Below, in pieces: positions 1-9,517 of a DNA stretch of 64,000 bases. The notes beneath the pieces are model-generated. The model ran no database searches. It was not told where the DNA came from and worked only from the letters and a program-made list of their open reading frames with translations. Within the stretch, counting starts at the first letter, position 1, and every line of letters starts with the position of its first letter. The translations under genes were made by a program, and so were the position numbers. Location of the stretch: the sequence record MK250029.1. One strand, given 5' to 3'.

Positions 1-54
1 GGACAAAGTTTAAAATCAAGAATTGATAGAAAAACATTTAATAGCAATTAATAT

Positions 55-516
55 ATGAAAGCAGAAAGAACAAATTTTGAAGTTTTTGATTGGATGAAAG
101 AACATCAAAAAGAGTATAATTATAGTGATGAATTTATTAATGCATATAAGGACTGTTATTTTTTGAAACGTCTCGAAGGAAAAGTATTTAAAGGTGAATT
201 TTGTGGATATAAAGTAACACCTGATAATTCAGATAAATCTTATTTTGTAGAAGAAGGAATTAGAGGATGTGAACGAGGATTTTTTACTGTACTTGATAAT
301 AAACTTATTAAACTTGACTTATTAAATGATGAATTAACTTTTTGTAATAAGTATAAGGTAAATGAGAATTCAATTATAGAAAAATATATTAATCCTAAAT
401 TGAAATATCTTACAGAATTCTTGAAACTTGATAGCTTATCAGATAATGAAAAGATGTTAATTAAAGAACATATTCAATCATTAGAGTTTATTATTAATTC
501 ACTTTATAAAATTTAA
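55..516 (+). CDS. hypothetical protein (153 aa)
   Basis: ATG to TAA, no internal TAG, no recognisable motif. Confidence 0.75.
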   Translation: MKAERTNFEVFDWMKEHQKEYNYSDEFINAYKDCYFLKRLEGKVFKGEFCGYKVTPDNSDKSYFVEEGIRGCERGFFTVLDNKLIKLDLLNDELTFCNKYKVNENSIIEKYINPKLKYLTEFLKLDSLSDNEKMLIKEHIQSLEFIINSLYKI

Positions 517-527
517 TTTTATTTAAT

Positions 528-689
528 ATGAGTTTCCTTACATATTTTTTAATTGCATATGGTATTATTTCAACCATTTCTATTTGTGTATTTGCATATG
601 AAATAAAGCATGCGCGTAATATTGATTCTAATGCATGTTTTTTAAGAGGTGATATATCAAAAGATGCGTTTAATAATAAAACAAAGTAA
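528..689 (+). CDS. small membrane protein (53 aa, MSFLTYFLIAYGIISTISICVFAYEIK...)
   Basis: Below the ORF-track cutoff. ATG 528 to TAA 687-689, hydrophobic N-terminal half, fills the gap between two + strand genes. Confidence 0.6.
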   Translation: MSFLTYFLIAYGIISTISICVFAYEIKHARNIDSNACFLRGDISKDAFNNKTK

Positions 690-714
690 TTAATATATTA
701 AAATTATAAGATTC

Positions 715-1476
715 ATGGCGTATATAGACAAAACCTATATTGTTGATTATCAACAGTTTAAAGAAGTTAGAGATTGGTGTAAAGGTAAGATTGTCGAACT
801 TCCTAATGGCCTTAAATATCATGCAGAGAATTTTTTGAATGATAAAGATATGTCAGAAGAGTATTTCAATAATTGGAAGAATGAAATTATTGAAAATCGA
901 ATGAGGACTTATGGAGAGACATATGAAAAGGCATATAAAAATGCAGAAATTCCATTATGGAATACACCATATTACTTTGATATATGGCTTATAAAGAATT
1001 GTCCTATACAATTTATACAGGATCGACTTAAATATCAATATGATGATGAATATGAGCAGATTAAAAATGGAACATCATCATATGATACATATAAGAGAAA
1101 TGGTCTTGGAAAGAATTTTCATTATAAAGTAATTCGCAAACCAAATTGGAACCCACGTTATAAATTCACTTATGTTGATCGACTCGGTAATGATAAGTGT
1201 TATAAGGAAAATCAAAAACCGTGGTGGCTTATCACTATTGAAGATACTAAAACAGTAAATCCAATTTCATGGTGGGTAAATACTGAACATAATTATTGGA
1301 CATGTTCAGAAGAAGGACTTCCATTTAATAGTAATATGCTGGATATAAAGAGGAAGAATCTTAATATTCATGCTATCATCAGAATGATTAAGAAATGGGA
1401 TTTACCTGCCGGTTCACAAGTTAAGGTATTAAATAGATATTTCAATTACGGTTGGATTATTAATATTAAGAAATAA
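715..1476 (+). CDS. hypothetical protein (253 aa)
   Basis: ATG to TAA, TAG-free, followed by a strong hairpin. Confidence 0.8.
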   Translation: MAYIDKTYIVDYQQFKEVRDWCKGKIVELPNGLKYHAENFLNDKDMSEEYFNNWKNEIIENRMRTYGETYEKAYKNAEIPLWNTPYYFDIWLIKNCPIQFIQDRLKYQYDDEYEQIKNGTSSYDTYKRNGLGKNFHYKVIRKPNWNPRYKFTYVDRLGNDKCYKENQKPWWLITIEDTKTVNPISWWVNTEHNYWTCSEEGLPFNSNMLDIKRKNLNIHAIIRMIKKWDLPAGSQVKVLNRYFNYGWIINIKK

Positions 1477-1480
1477 AATT

Positions 1481-1518
1481 AGAAGGATGTTATTTAGGCG
1501 GTTAAATAACATCCTTCT
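1481..1518 (+). terminator. intrinsic terminator hairpin
   Basis: agaaggatgttattta / taaataacatccttct 16-bp stem followed by T-run. Confidence 0.75.
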
Positions 1519-1556
1519 TTTATTATAAATATAAAAAATGGGATTAATACTTATAT

Positions 1557-2606
1557 ATGAATAAACAAATCAAGCAATTGTTAGAAAATTTATTTGATGA
1601 TTATGATGACTTAATATAGGATGATAATGATAATATTGAAAAAGATTCCATAGGTAAGAAAATAACTGATGAAGATATAAAGAAAAAAGTAAAAGAATGG
1701 TTGCGTTATAATATTGCATCAAGTCCAGAAAATAATAATATAGATAGAAATCTTACTTTTGAATATATTGATGACATACTTTATTGTAATTTACATTTTA
1801 ATGGTTATATGACAGTATTTATGAGTGAAATACCAGATTATGTAAAGATTAATAAAATTACATGTAAAAATATTAAATTTAATAGTTTATATAATTTACC
1901 AAAGGAAATAGATGGAGATATGTTTATAGATGGTTATAATCATACGAAATTAATTGGTAATTTTCCTGAAAAAATAGGTTGTTTAAAGATATGGAATTCA
2001 AAAATAAAATCATTGGAAGGACTCAATGATAATTGTGATTCTATTGAATCATTAGAGATTGAGGCATGCAATAATTTCCAATATTTTATGGGTATTCCAG
2101 AAAATGTAGGACGTGTTTCTATACAAGAATGTAATAAACTTCAAAATTTAATAGGATTACCAGAATCTGTTGATGATATAGAGTTAACAGATTTAAGGAA
2201 ATTTTCAAGTTTAGAAGGATGCCCAAAAGAGTTAAAGGGTGATTTACGTATAACAGATTGTAAAAAATTATTATCATTAAAATATATTTCATCTTTAATT
2301 ATAGGAGATTGTTCTGTTACGTATACAGGTATAGAACATCTTGATATGACTGAATCAAATACAAGAGTTATAGGAGACTTTAATGTTTCTAATAATAAGT
2401 TAGTTGATTTAAGTAATGGACCAGAAGATGTAAGAGGTAATTATGATTGTGCATATAACTCAAAATTGACATGTTTAAATGCGCAAGATACACTTATGTC
2501 TGGATATAAGAAAACATTTGATTGTACGAAAAATAGAAGACTAAAAACATTATAGGGATTACCTATGATGATTAAAGGAGATATAATAGTAAATACAGAT
2601 TTATAA
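1557..2606 (+). CDS. leucine-rich-repeat-like protein, paralogue 1 (349 aa, code 15)
   Basis: ATG 1557 (MNKQIKQLLENLFDDYDD), reads through TAG at codon 21 and at 2553 to TAA 2604-2606. Repeats of the SLEGCPKELKGDL type. Colinear with the next gene. Confidence 0.85.
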
Positions 2607-2689
2607 AAATTAAATACGTCATACAAATAATATATATGTTATAAGTAAACTATTTGATAAATATAAAAATTATATTAAACAATTTATAT

Positions 2690-3736
2690 ATGAATAAACT
2701 TATTAGAAAATTATTAGAAAATCTATTTGATGATTATGACGATATAATATAGAATGATAATGATGATATTGGAGATGATCTTATAGCTAAAAAGTTAAAA
2801 GAGGAAGAGTAGTAGAAAGTAAAAGAATGGCTTTGTAATAATATCTCAACTAACAAATATGAAGTGTTTCTTAATAATATAGATAAATACGTTACATTTG
2901 AATATATTGACGGTATACTTTATTGCAATTTAGAGTTTATTGATTCTATAACAAAATTTAAAAGTCCAATACCAGATTATGTAAAGATTAATAAAATTAA
3001 AGGTCACGGTCACATTACATTTAAGAGTTCATATAATTTACCAAAAGAAATAGAAGGAACTATGTGTATAAAAAGTAATGAGACAAAAATTATTGGTCCT
3101 TTCCCACAAAAAATTAAAGTCTTATGTATAAAGTGCCCAAAATTAAAGTCATTAAAAGGCCTTAATGATAATTGTGTTTCTATTGGTAAATTATATATAG
3201 ATAATAGTTTGAATTTACAAGATTTAACAGGTTTACCAGATTCTGTCAACTATTTATAGTTGACTTATTGCAATTTTCCAAATTTAAAAGGATGTCCAAA
3301 ACAATTAAATGTTTTAAACATACAAGAATGTAATAAACTTGAAAACCTTATAGGATGTCCAGAAACTATTGAAAAAATAGATTTGTTAAATTTAGAAAAT
3401 TTTTCAAGTTTAGAAGGATGTCCAAAACAATTAGATGGATTGGATATATGTGGTTGTGAAAAATTAAAATCATTAAAATATATTTCTCCTTTAATAGGGA
3501 AAGGTGGATTAGGTGTTTCACGCTCAGGCTTAGTTGATTTAAGTAATGGTCCAAAAGAGATAGAAGGTAATTATTATTGCAATACTAATCCAAATTTGAA
3601 ACGTTTAAATGCACAAGATACAGTTATGACGGGACATGAGACTGCATTTCATTGTTATAATAATGATAGCTTAAAAAGATTAAAGGGATTACCTAAGATG
3701 AAATACAAAGATATAAAAATAAAGACTGATTTATAA
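2690..3736 (+). CDS. leucine-rich-repeat-like protein, paralogue 2 (348 aa, code 15)
   Basis: ATG 2690 (MNKLIRKLLENLFDDYDD). Track ORFs 2864-3259 and 3260-3736 are one frame separated by a single TAG. Repeats LxGCP/SLEGCPK, and the end ...KTDL matches paralogue 1 ...NTDL. Confidence 0.85.
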
Positions 3737-3741
3737 AAAGA

Positions 3742-3782
3742 AATGAGGAATTAAACATTTTTGAAGTGTTTAATTCCTCATT
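3742..3782. terminator. bidirectional terminator between convergent genes
   Basis: aatgaggaattaaaca / tgtttaattcctcatt 16-bp stem. Confidence 0.75.
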
Positions 3783-3803
3783 ATTATTTTGTTAATATAT
3801 TAA

Positions 3804-4604
3804 TTACTTTCCATAGTGGATGTAATCAATAAGTGCATTTGTATCAAGATTAGACTCAATTGCCTCCTGATCGTTAACTTCCTTAAGAGCTGCAATAACA
3901 GCCTTAAGCAACTTACTACGACGAGCAAGAAGGTCTGCACGCTGCTTCTGTGACCACTCACCAGTAAAACGCTGATGTGTATAATCACCAACCTCAACTG
4001 TCTTCTTACGCTGAACAACTGCTGCACGATAGTTTGCAGGAATATTAGCAGGGTCGATATTAGGATCTCGAAGAATTTCCTCAGTTGTTTCTGTTGTACG
4101 AGAAACACCCTTTACAAGTTCATTCTCAAGAATTTCACGATTACCATATTCTGCATTATTTGTAGGTTTCCAAATTTCAGAATCTGAATAAACAGGGATT
4201 CTCTCATACATTGTTACGAGTTCTTTTGATGTAAGAATACTCTTAAGACGCATAAGATCAAGAGCTGTCAACTCACCGAATGAATGGCCATCTACAACAA
4301 GCTCAACCTTACGAGCACCCATAGAGTTTGTAGCCTCAACAGAGAATACCTCATTAAGATAATTTGTTGCAATATTCTTAAACCAATCAAGCTGTTCTGA
4401 TACAGTTGTCTGAACTGCTGTTACACCCTTCTTTGTAGGATCATCTGGATAACCCTCACGTGGGATATATGTCTTCTTCTCTCCGCGGAATGCGCCCTGT
4501 GCATTCTTAAAATACTGTGCATACTCATTTACCTCTTTTGCATACACTGATGCAGAATGATCGACCTTTGCAAGGACGACATTCATCTTTTCTACTTTTG
4601 CCAT
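3804..4604 (-). CDS. hypothetical protein (266 aa, largely helical)
   Basis: ATG to TAA, TAG-free, higher GC and codon usage like the capsid gene. Family not confidently recognised. Confidence 0.85.
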   Translation of the reverse strand: MAKVEKMNVVLAKVDHSASVYAKEVNEYAQYFKNAQGAFRGEKKTYIPREGYPDDPTKKGVTAVQTTVSEQLDWFKNIATNYLNEVFSVEATNSMGARKVELVVDGHSFGELTALDLMRLKSILTSKELVTMYERIPVYSDSEIWKPTNNAEYGNREILENELVKGVSRTTETTEEILRDPNIDPANIPANYRAAVVQRKKTVEVGDYTHQRFTGEWSQKQRADLLARRSKLLKAVIAALKEVNDQEAIESNLDTNALIDYIHYGK

Positions 4605-4709
4605 AATTTACTAAAATTAAATGTTAATGTTAAAACTAAATTTATTATATATACATGTGTTATAGAGAAAAGTCTAATTATAAATAGAATAAAATAAGAT
4701 AATTAATTT

Positions 4710-5684
4710 ATGTATTTACGAAAGAGTTATTTATATAATAGTATAATGAAAGATGTATCATATTCATTAAAACAAATATTAGATGAAACATTAGGAAGTT
4801 TATATTTAAATGATAAAGAGAAAAGTATAGTAGATAAAATATTTAATGATATTGATACAGAAAAATATAAAAATAATAAACTATCATATAAAGATTATCA
4901 ATAGATTGCAGATTCATCTGATACATTATATAACTTATAGTATGATAATATATTACCATGGTTAGAACATTTAGAAATAATTATTATAGAAAACGATTCA
5001 TATAATTCTACAAATGCGGCTGCTTTATTAGATTATGATAATTATACAACTTTTTCTAATGAGAAAATTATATATGCTACTATTGTTATTATTAATCCAA
5101 AAAGAGAAAGATTTACAAAAAATAAAATTACACATGAATTAAACCATTATTATTCAGAATTTAATAGATATAAAACAACATCTATATTTAATGTATATGG
5201 AGATTTAGAATTAAATATTAAATTATCTAATAGTTAGATAGATTTTACTAATTATGAATATATACAAGATAATTTAACAAATTTCGGTTTTATTAGATAG
5301 GTATTTCTTGATTGTTTATATTGGTTAAATGAATCTGAAATAAAAGCACATATAGAAGATATATATAGTGAAATACATGATAATGTATAGAATAATTTAA
5401 ATTGTAAAAATATATCTGATATAACAGAATTATCACAAACATTAAAAACATATTATAACATAGATAAGATATTACATTTTTATAAAGATAATTTAGATGA
5501 TATGTAGAATAAAATGTTATAGAAAACTTTATTAAATAAAGTAAAAACAATTTATAATAGAAATAGAATGTCATTAAATTAGATATATTCTAAATTATTT
5601 AATAAGATTAAAAAAATCTATAAGCATGTTAATAGACTATATGCTTATAATAAAAATGAATATGTAAATAATTATGGTAAATGA
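4710..5684 (+). CDS. putative zincin-like metalloprotease (324 aa, code 15)
   Basis: Frame stays open through TAGs to TGA 5682-5684. HExxH motif ITHELNHYY (His at 5133) with downstream LNESEIKAHIE. Confidence 0.7.
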
Positions 5685-6045
5685 TGATATTATTAATTTT
5701 ATAGATGATGTATATATAGATAAAAATGAAGCTATAAAAAATATATAGAAATATAAGTATGATAATTTATTTTACCTTATTCATAGTGAAATATTATATT
5801 TGTATTTTGATTATGTAAAAGATATTATAATTCATAAATTATATTTAAATGATGATATAGATATTAAAAATGAATTTAATATTGAATTAACAAATGATTT
5901 AATTAATTTCTATATACCGAATATAGATGTCTTAAAAACATGCGTTTTATATAATTATAACATAGACGACTCAACATTAAATAGTGTATATAATAAAGTT
6001 AAGATATATAAACTAAATAATTTAAATAATGATAACAGTAAATAA
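5674..6045 (+). CDS. hypothetical protein (123 aa, code 15)
   Basis: ATG 5674 overlaps the upstream stop. One TAG, then joins track ORF 5800-6045. Confidence 0.65.
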
Positions 6046-6553
6046 GTCTATAGATATAAATAAGGAATCATATCCGAAATGTCCATACAGTAAAGAATTA
6101 TGTGATCCAAATATATTGTTTAATGAATATTCTATTAATAAGAAAGATAAATGTATATCATGTAAATATTTGAAATCTAATTATGATTATATAGTGAATA
6201 AACATTTAGAAGATGTAAAGAAGAATCCTAATTCAAATTATAATATTATTGTTAATGAAGTAAACAGAGATGGTGGAAAGTATATAAAATTTGATAATGA
6301 TGATATTGGGTTTTTGATTTGTGCGACATCTACAATAGAAGATTATTACTATATGTATATGGATAAAGACAGAAATATTAAAATGTCGTCATGTGTCGGA
6401 GGATATAAAATTATAGAATCTCCAGAAACAATACAGAATCTCTCCGTATTGAGTTATATTCGTAAACATGATAAAATGTATATCAAAGAAAAAATAACGC
6501 GATACATAAAGAATTTGAAATATGATAAAGTAATAACTAATATATTTTATTAA
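6029..6553 (+). CDS. hypothetical protein (174 aa)
   Basis: ORF track. Overlaps the upstream gene, Cys pairs near the N-terminus. Confidence 0.75.
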   Translation: MITVNKSIDINKESYPKCPYSKELCDPNILFNEYSINKKDKCISCKYLKSNYDYIVNKHLEDVKKNPNSNYNIIVNEVNRDGGKYIKFDNDDIGFLICATSTIEDYYYMYMDKDRNIKMSSCVGGYKIIESPETIQNLSVLSYIRKHDKMYIKEKITRYIKNLKYDKVITNIFY

Positions 6554-6630
6554 TAAATATTTAAATGATTAAATATAAGTTTTATATTTAAATAAATATA
6601 ACAAATAAAAATATATTTTTAATTGTAAAG

Positions 6631-7077
6631 ATGAAAGTTAAAGATAAGAAAGCATTATATGAATCCATCATGATGAATGTATCAAAGATGGTTAAGAAAG
6701 CCATAAATGAATATGGTGACGGTATTGATGCAGAAGATGAAATCGTTGATGACGAACCAATGGATGATGATATTACTGTATATGTTCCATTGGTTGGTTG
6801 TGAGTGTAAATGTATTCTTTGTAATGATGAGGATGGAAATTCATATTATGAGGTTCATGATGATAATGATGATTATGTATGTGAAGTTCATGATGATGTT
6901 GATCCAGAGGATGAAGATGCATTGGTTTCTGCTATTGAAGATAATTATCAGTGGGAAACACAGTCTGGTGATTATGAGGATGTAGATCCATTGGGACCTT
7001 CAGATGATGATGAAGATTCTGATGATATGGATGATGCATTTGATGATTATGAGGATGAAGAAGATTATGATGTTTAA
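6631..7077 (+). CDS. acidic protein with KKALYESIM...KKAINE leader (148 aa), possible head-packaged protein
   Basis: ORF track. Very Asp/Glu rich, leader resembles that of the 4710 gene. Confidence 0.8.
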   Translation: MKVKDKKALYESIMMNVSKMVKKAINEYGDGIDAEDEIVDDEPMDDDITVYVPLVGCECKCILCNDEDGNSYYEVHDDNDDYVCEVHDDVDPEDEDALVSAIEDNYQWETQSGDYEDVDPLGPSDDDEDSDDMDDAFDDYEDEEDYDV

Positions 7078-7081
7078 ATAA

Positions 7082-7441
7082 ATGAAACGGATTATTAATA
7101 TAAGACCTTTATCAGAAGAAACTATGCGAAAATCTTTTGGTGCTTCAATGGAAGATAAGTTGAGGGAATTGAAAGATGAGATTAAAGACAGCAGGTTATT
7201 GGAAGATACATTGGCATTTCCTATTGGGCGTGAAGTTTATGTTGATCCGACCGCTGGTATGCGGTATAAGATGTTGGGTGGACATTTGTCATATGCCGGT
7301 ATGAGTCTCAATCAGTTGGATTAGCAGTTGTATTCTGATTTGGTTTCCGGTAGACAAACTGTTGATGCAGTATTAGATACCTGGAAAAATAAAAGGGTTA
7401 AAAAAATGAACTTTTCTTCAGGAAAAATGAAGAAAAAGTAA
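7082..7441 (+). CDS. hypothetical protein (119 aa, code 15)
   Basis: Reads through TAG 7322 to TAA 7439-7441, basic C-terminus, followed by hairpin. Confidence 0.75.
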
Positions 7442-7464
7442 TATAAAACTATAAAAAATTAAAT

Positions 7465-7515
7465 AAAAATGAGAATTAATAAAATTTCGTATATATTTTA
7501 TTAATTCTCATTTTT
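7465..7515. terminator. bidirectional terminator
   Basis: aaaaatgagaattaataaaat / attttattaattctcattttt inverted repeat between convergent genes. Confidence 0.7.
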
Positions 7516-7525
7516 TAATTATTAT

Positions 7526-8002
7526 TCAGAATAATGCATCACATTTATTCTCTTTTATCGGACACCAATTTTCATAATCCCATTTGAAAAAATCTGTACA
7601 AACGAGATTATTGTTTAATATTGATTTTGCTGTATCAACATTATAATCTATATTAAGTTTAGATAACATTTCTAATATTCGTTCATGTGTTTCAATGACA
7701 TTATCTTGAATTAGTTCTGTTCCGTATGTATGTTCTAATGCTTGTTGCCATGTTGAACCATGTTGTATCTTATTATATATTATATAGATAACGAAATTTC
7801 CATTTCCGAATGAAGGCTCTAAGAAATTTGATTCTGTATTATTCCACTGTTCTTCTGAAACTTTATCAGACATACGCTTAACTAATTCAAACGGAGTGAA
7901 AAACTCATTTGAACCATCTGTGCCTTTTCGACGAGAAACTCGCTCTTCTGTTGCATAACTATCTAAACTCAAAAACTATTCTATATCAAAACTATTATTC
8001 AT
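7526..8002 (-). CDS. small N6-adenine methyltransferase subunit carrying only the SAM-binding half (158 aa, code 15)
   Basis: ATG 8002 (MNNSFDIEQFLSLD, TAG at codon 9). Motif X EFFTP and motif I FLEPSFGNGNF are present, no NPPY. Confidence 0.8.
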
Positions 8003-8003
8003 A

Positions 8004-8441
8004 TTAACCAAATTCATTTTCTAATATTGTATTTGTATCTTTAAATATTATATCTTTTTCTAATTTTTTTAAAATAATTTTGTCAGAATCATTAAATTCA
8101 TTTATTTTATTTTTAAATGGTTGGAAAAAGAAATATGATTTTTTATTTTTTAATGATATAACATACGTATTTGATAGTTTTTTGTTATATAATTCTTCAC
8201 CACGTGTACAATTATCTGCATACCATACATGTGTTCCCTCTATTTTTATATCATTTTTAAAATCTGCAATAGTTAATTCTTTGATAATTTTATATTTATA
8301 ACCATATATTAAAAACGTTTTTGATATATACCATATACTAGATATGATAAAAGATATACTCATACATAAATGATATATAATAGTTGATTGTATAAAAAGC
8401 ATAAAATTATAATTAAAATTACAAATATCGCCATTATACAT
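8004..8441 (-). CDS. hypothetical protein with hydrophobic N-terminus (145 aa)
   Basis: ORF track. Abuts the start of the small MTase gene. Confidence 0.55.
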   Translation of the reverse strand: MYNGDICNFNYNFMLFIQSTIIYHLCMSISFIISSIWYISKTFLIYGYKYKIIKELTIADFKNDIKIEGTHVWYADNCTRGEELYNKKLSNTYVISLKNKKSYFFFQPFKNKINEFNDSDKIILKKLEKDIIFKDTNTILENEFG

Positions 8442-8548
8442 ATTATTAATAAAGAATTATTATTTTGCATATTTATATAAAATATATTTACTAATTATAT
8501 TAATAATATGTTATATTGTTTCTTTTTATTAAAGAATAAAAATAAAAA

Positions 8549-8588
8549 AATACAGATGGTATTTAAATTACTTATTACCATCTGTATT
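8549..8588. terminator. terminator hairpin
   Basis: aatacagatggta / taccatctgtatt 13-bp stem. Confidence 0.6.
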
Positions 8589-8675
8589 ATTATCCGAACT
8601 AGTTTTACTAGGTACATCTGGATTTGGTGTTACCTCATTTGGTCCTGAATTTGGACAAAAACTTCTTTTCTCCAT
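8568..8675 (-). CDS. possible 35-aa peptide MEKRSFCPNSGPNEVTPNPDVPSKTSSDNNTDGNK
   Basis: ATG 8675 to TAA 8568. GC-richer island in an AT-rich gap, ends inside a terminator hairpin. Confidence 0.4.
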   Translation of the reverse strand: MEKRSFCPNSGPNEVTPNPDVPSKTSSDNNTDGNK

Positions 8676-8830
8676 AGCTGTTATGTATTTAATTTGTATA
8701 TTATATGATAATCATATTATTTTGTCTTCTTTTTACTATCAATCTTTTACATATAATTTTTTACAAATTTATTAAACTAATTTAATTATATAATATATAA
8801 AGTTTGTTTTATTTATTATAAAATATATGA

Positions 8831-8860
8831 AATCCTACTAATCATAATAGACGCTATATA
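8831..8860 (+). repeat. left arm of 30-bp inverted repeat (partner 10144-10173)
   Basis: aatcctactaatcataatagacgctatata is the reverse complement of 10144-10173 at 29/30 positions (perfect 22-bp core 8839-8860). Confidence 0.9.
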
Positions 8861-9505
8861 ATTTATGATGGTAAAGAATATAATAAATGTAGTGAAATAA
8901 GTTCTACTAGCAATGATAGTTTATTATAGAACTTTAAAAATATAATAACATCGATATGTAATAAAGATAATTTAGAAAAACATATGAGAGCTATACCAGA
9001 TGATCCTCATTTAAAGAAATATTGGTATAATAATTAGAATGTAGATGAATATTGTATAAAAGTTGATTTAATAAGAGGACACGAAAATAAAAAAACAGGT
9101 TAGCATAAAGATGATTTTTATACAATAATTTCTAATAATGAAAAAACAATATTATCATCAATAGGAAATTTTAAAGATTTAATTAAAAAGAAAAATAATT
9201 TAAATAAGAGATTAATAAATTTCTATATTCCATCTATTAATTTAAATATTACAAATAATATTATAAATTATTTAAAAACAGATTTTTGTAGGGCAGGACT
9301 ATTATTCCAAAAAATTAATACAAATATGTATCCAAATGTTTTTATTTATATTCCATGGTTTGATTTTTCTAATAATATATTTAGTAAAACTCCTTCAGAA
9401 ATAGATGATTATTTATTTACTAAATATAATATATCAAATGAAATAAGAAAACATATTGAAGAATTACTTCCAGACTATTATAATATAAGAAAAGGTAGAG
9501 ATTAA
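8831..9505 (+). other. silent alternative C-terminal (target-recognition) cassette of the R-M-like enzyme, 224 codons, no in-frame start at its 5' end
   Basis: Code-15 frame NPTNHNRRYIIYDGKEYNKC...KYNISNEIRKHIEELLPDYY is paralogous to the last 223 aa of the 9502-13818 gene (NPINHNRRYILFDGKKYDKC...KYNISQDIVNHILEILPNYY). An in-frame TGA (8828-8830) lies immediately upstream. Confidence 0.8.
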
Positions 9506-9517
9506 TTCTCTACCTTT
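9491..9517. terminator. bidirectional terminator at the junction of the two convergent cassettes
   Basis: aaaggtagaga-ttaat-tctctaccttt. The loop holds the overlapping TAA stops of both cassettes (9502-9505). Confidence 0.75.

Noticed and set aside
8827-8841. ATG at 8827 as the start of the plus-strand TRD cassette via a one-base frameshift
   Set aside because: It is out of frame (ATG AAA TCC TAC TAA). Homology starts exactly at the inverted repeat, which is better explained by a silent cassette. A sequencing error or programmed shift cannot be fully excluded
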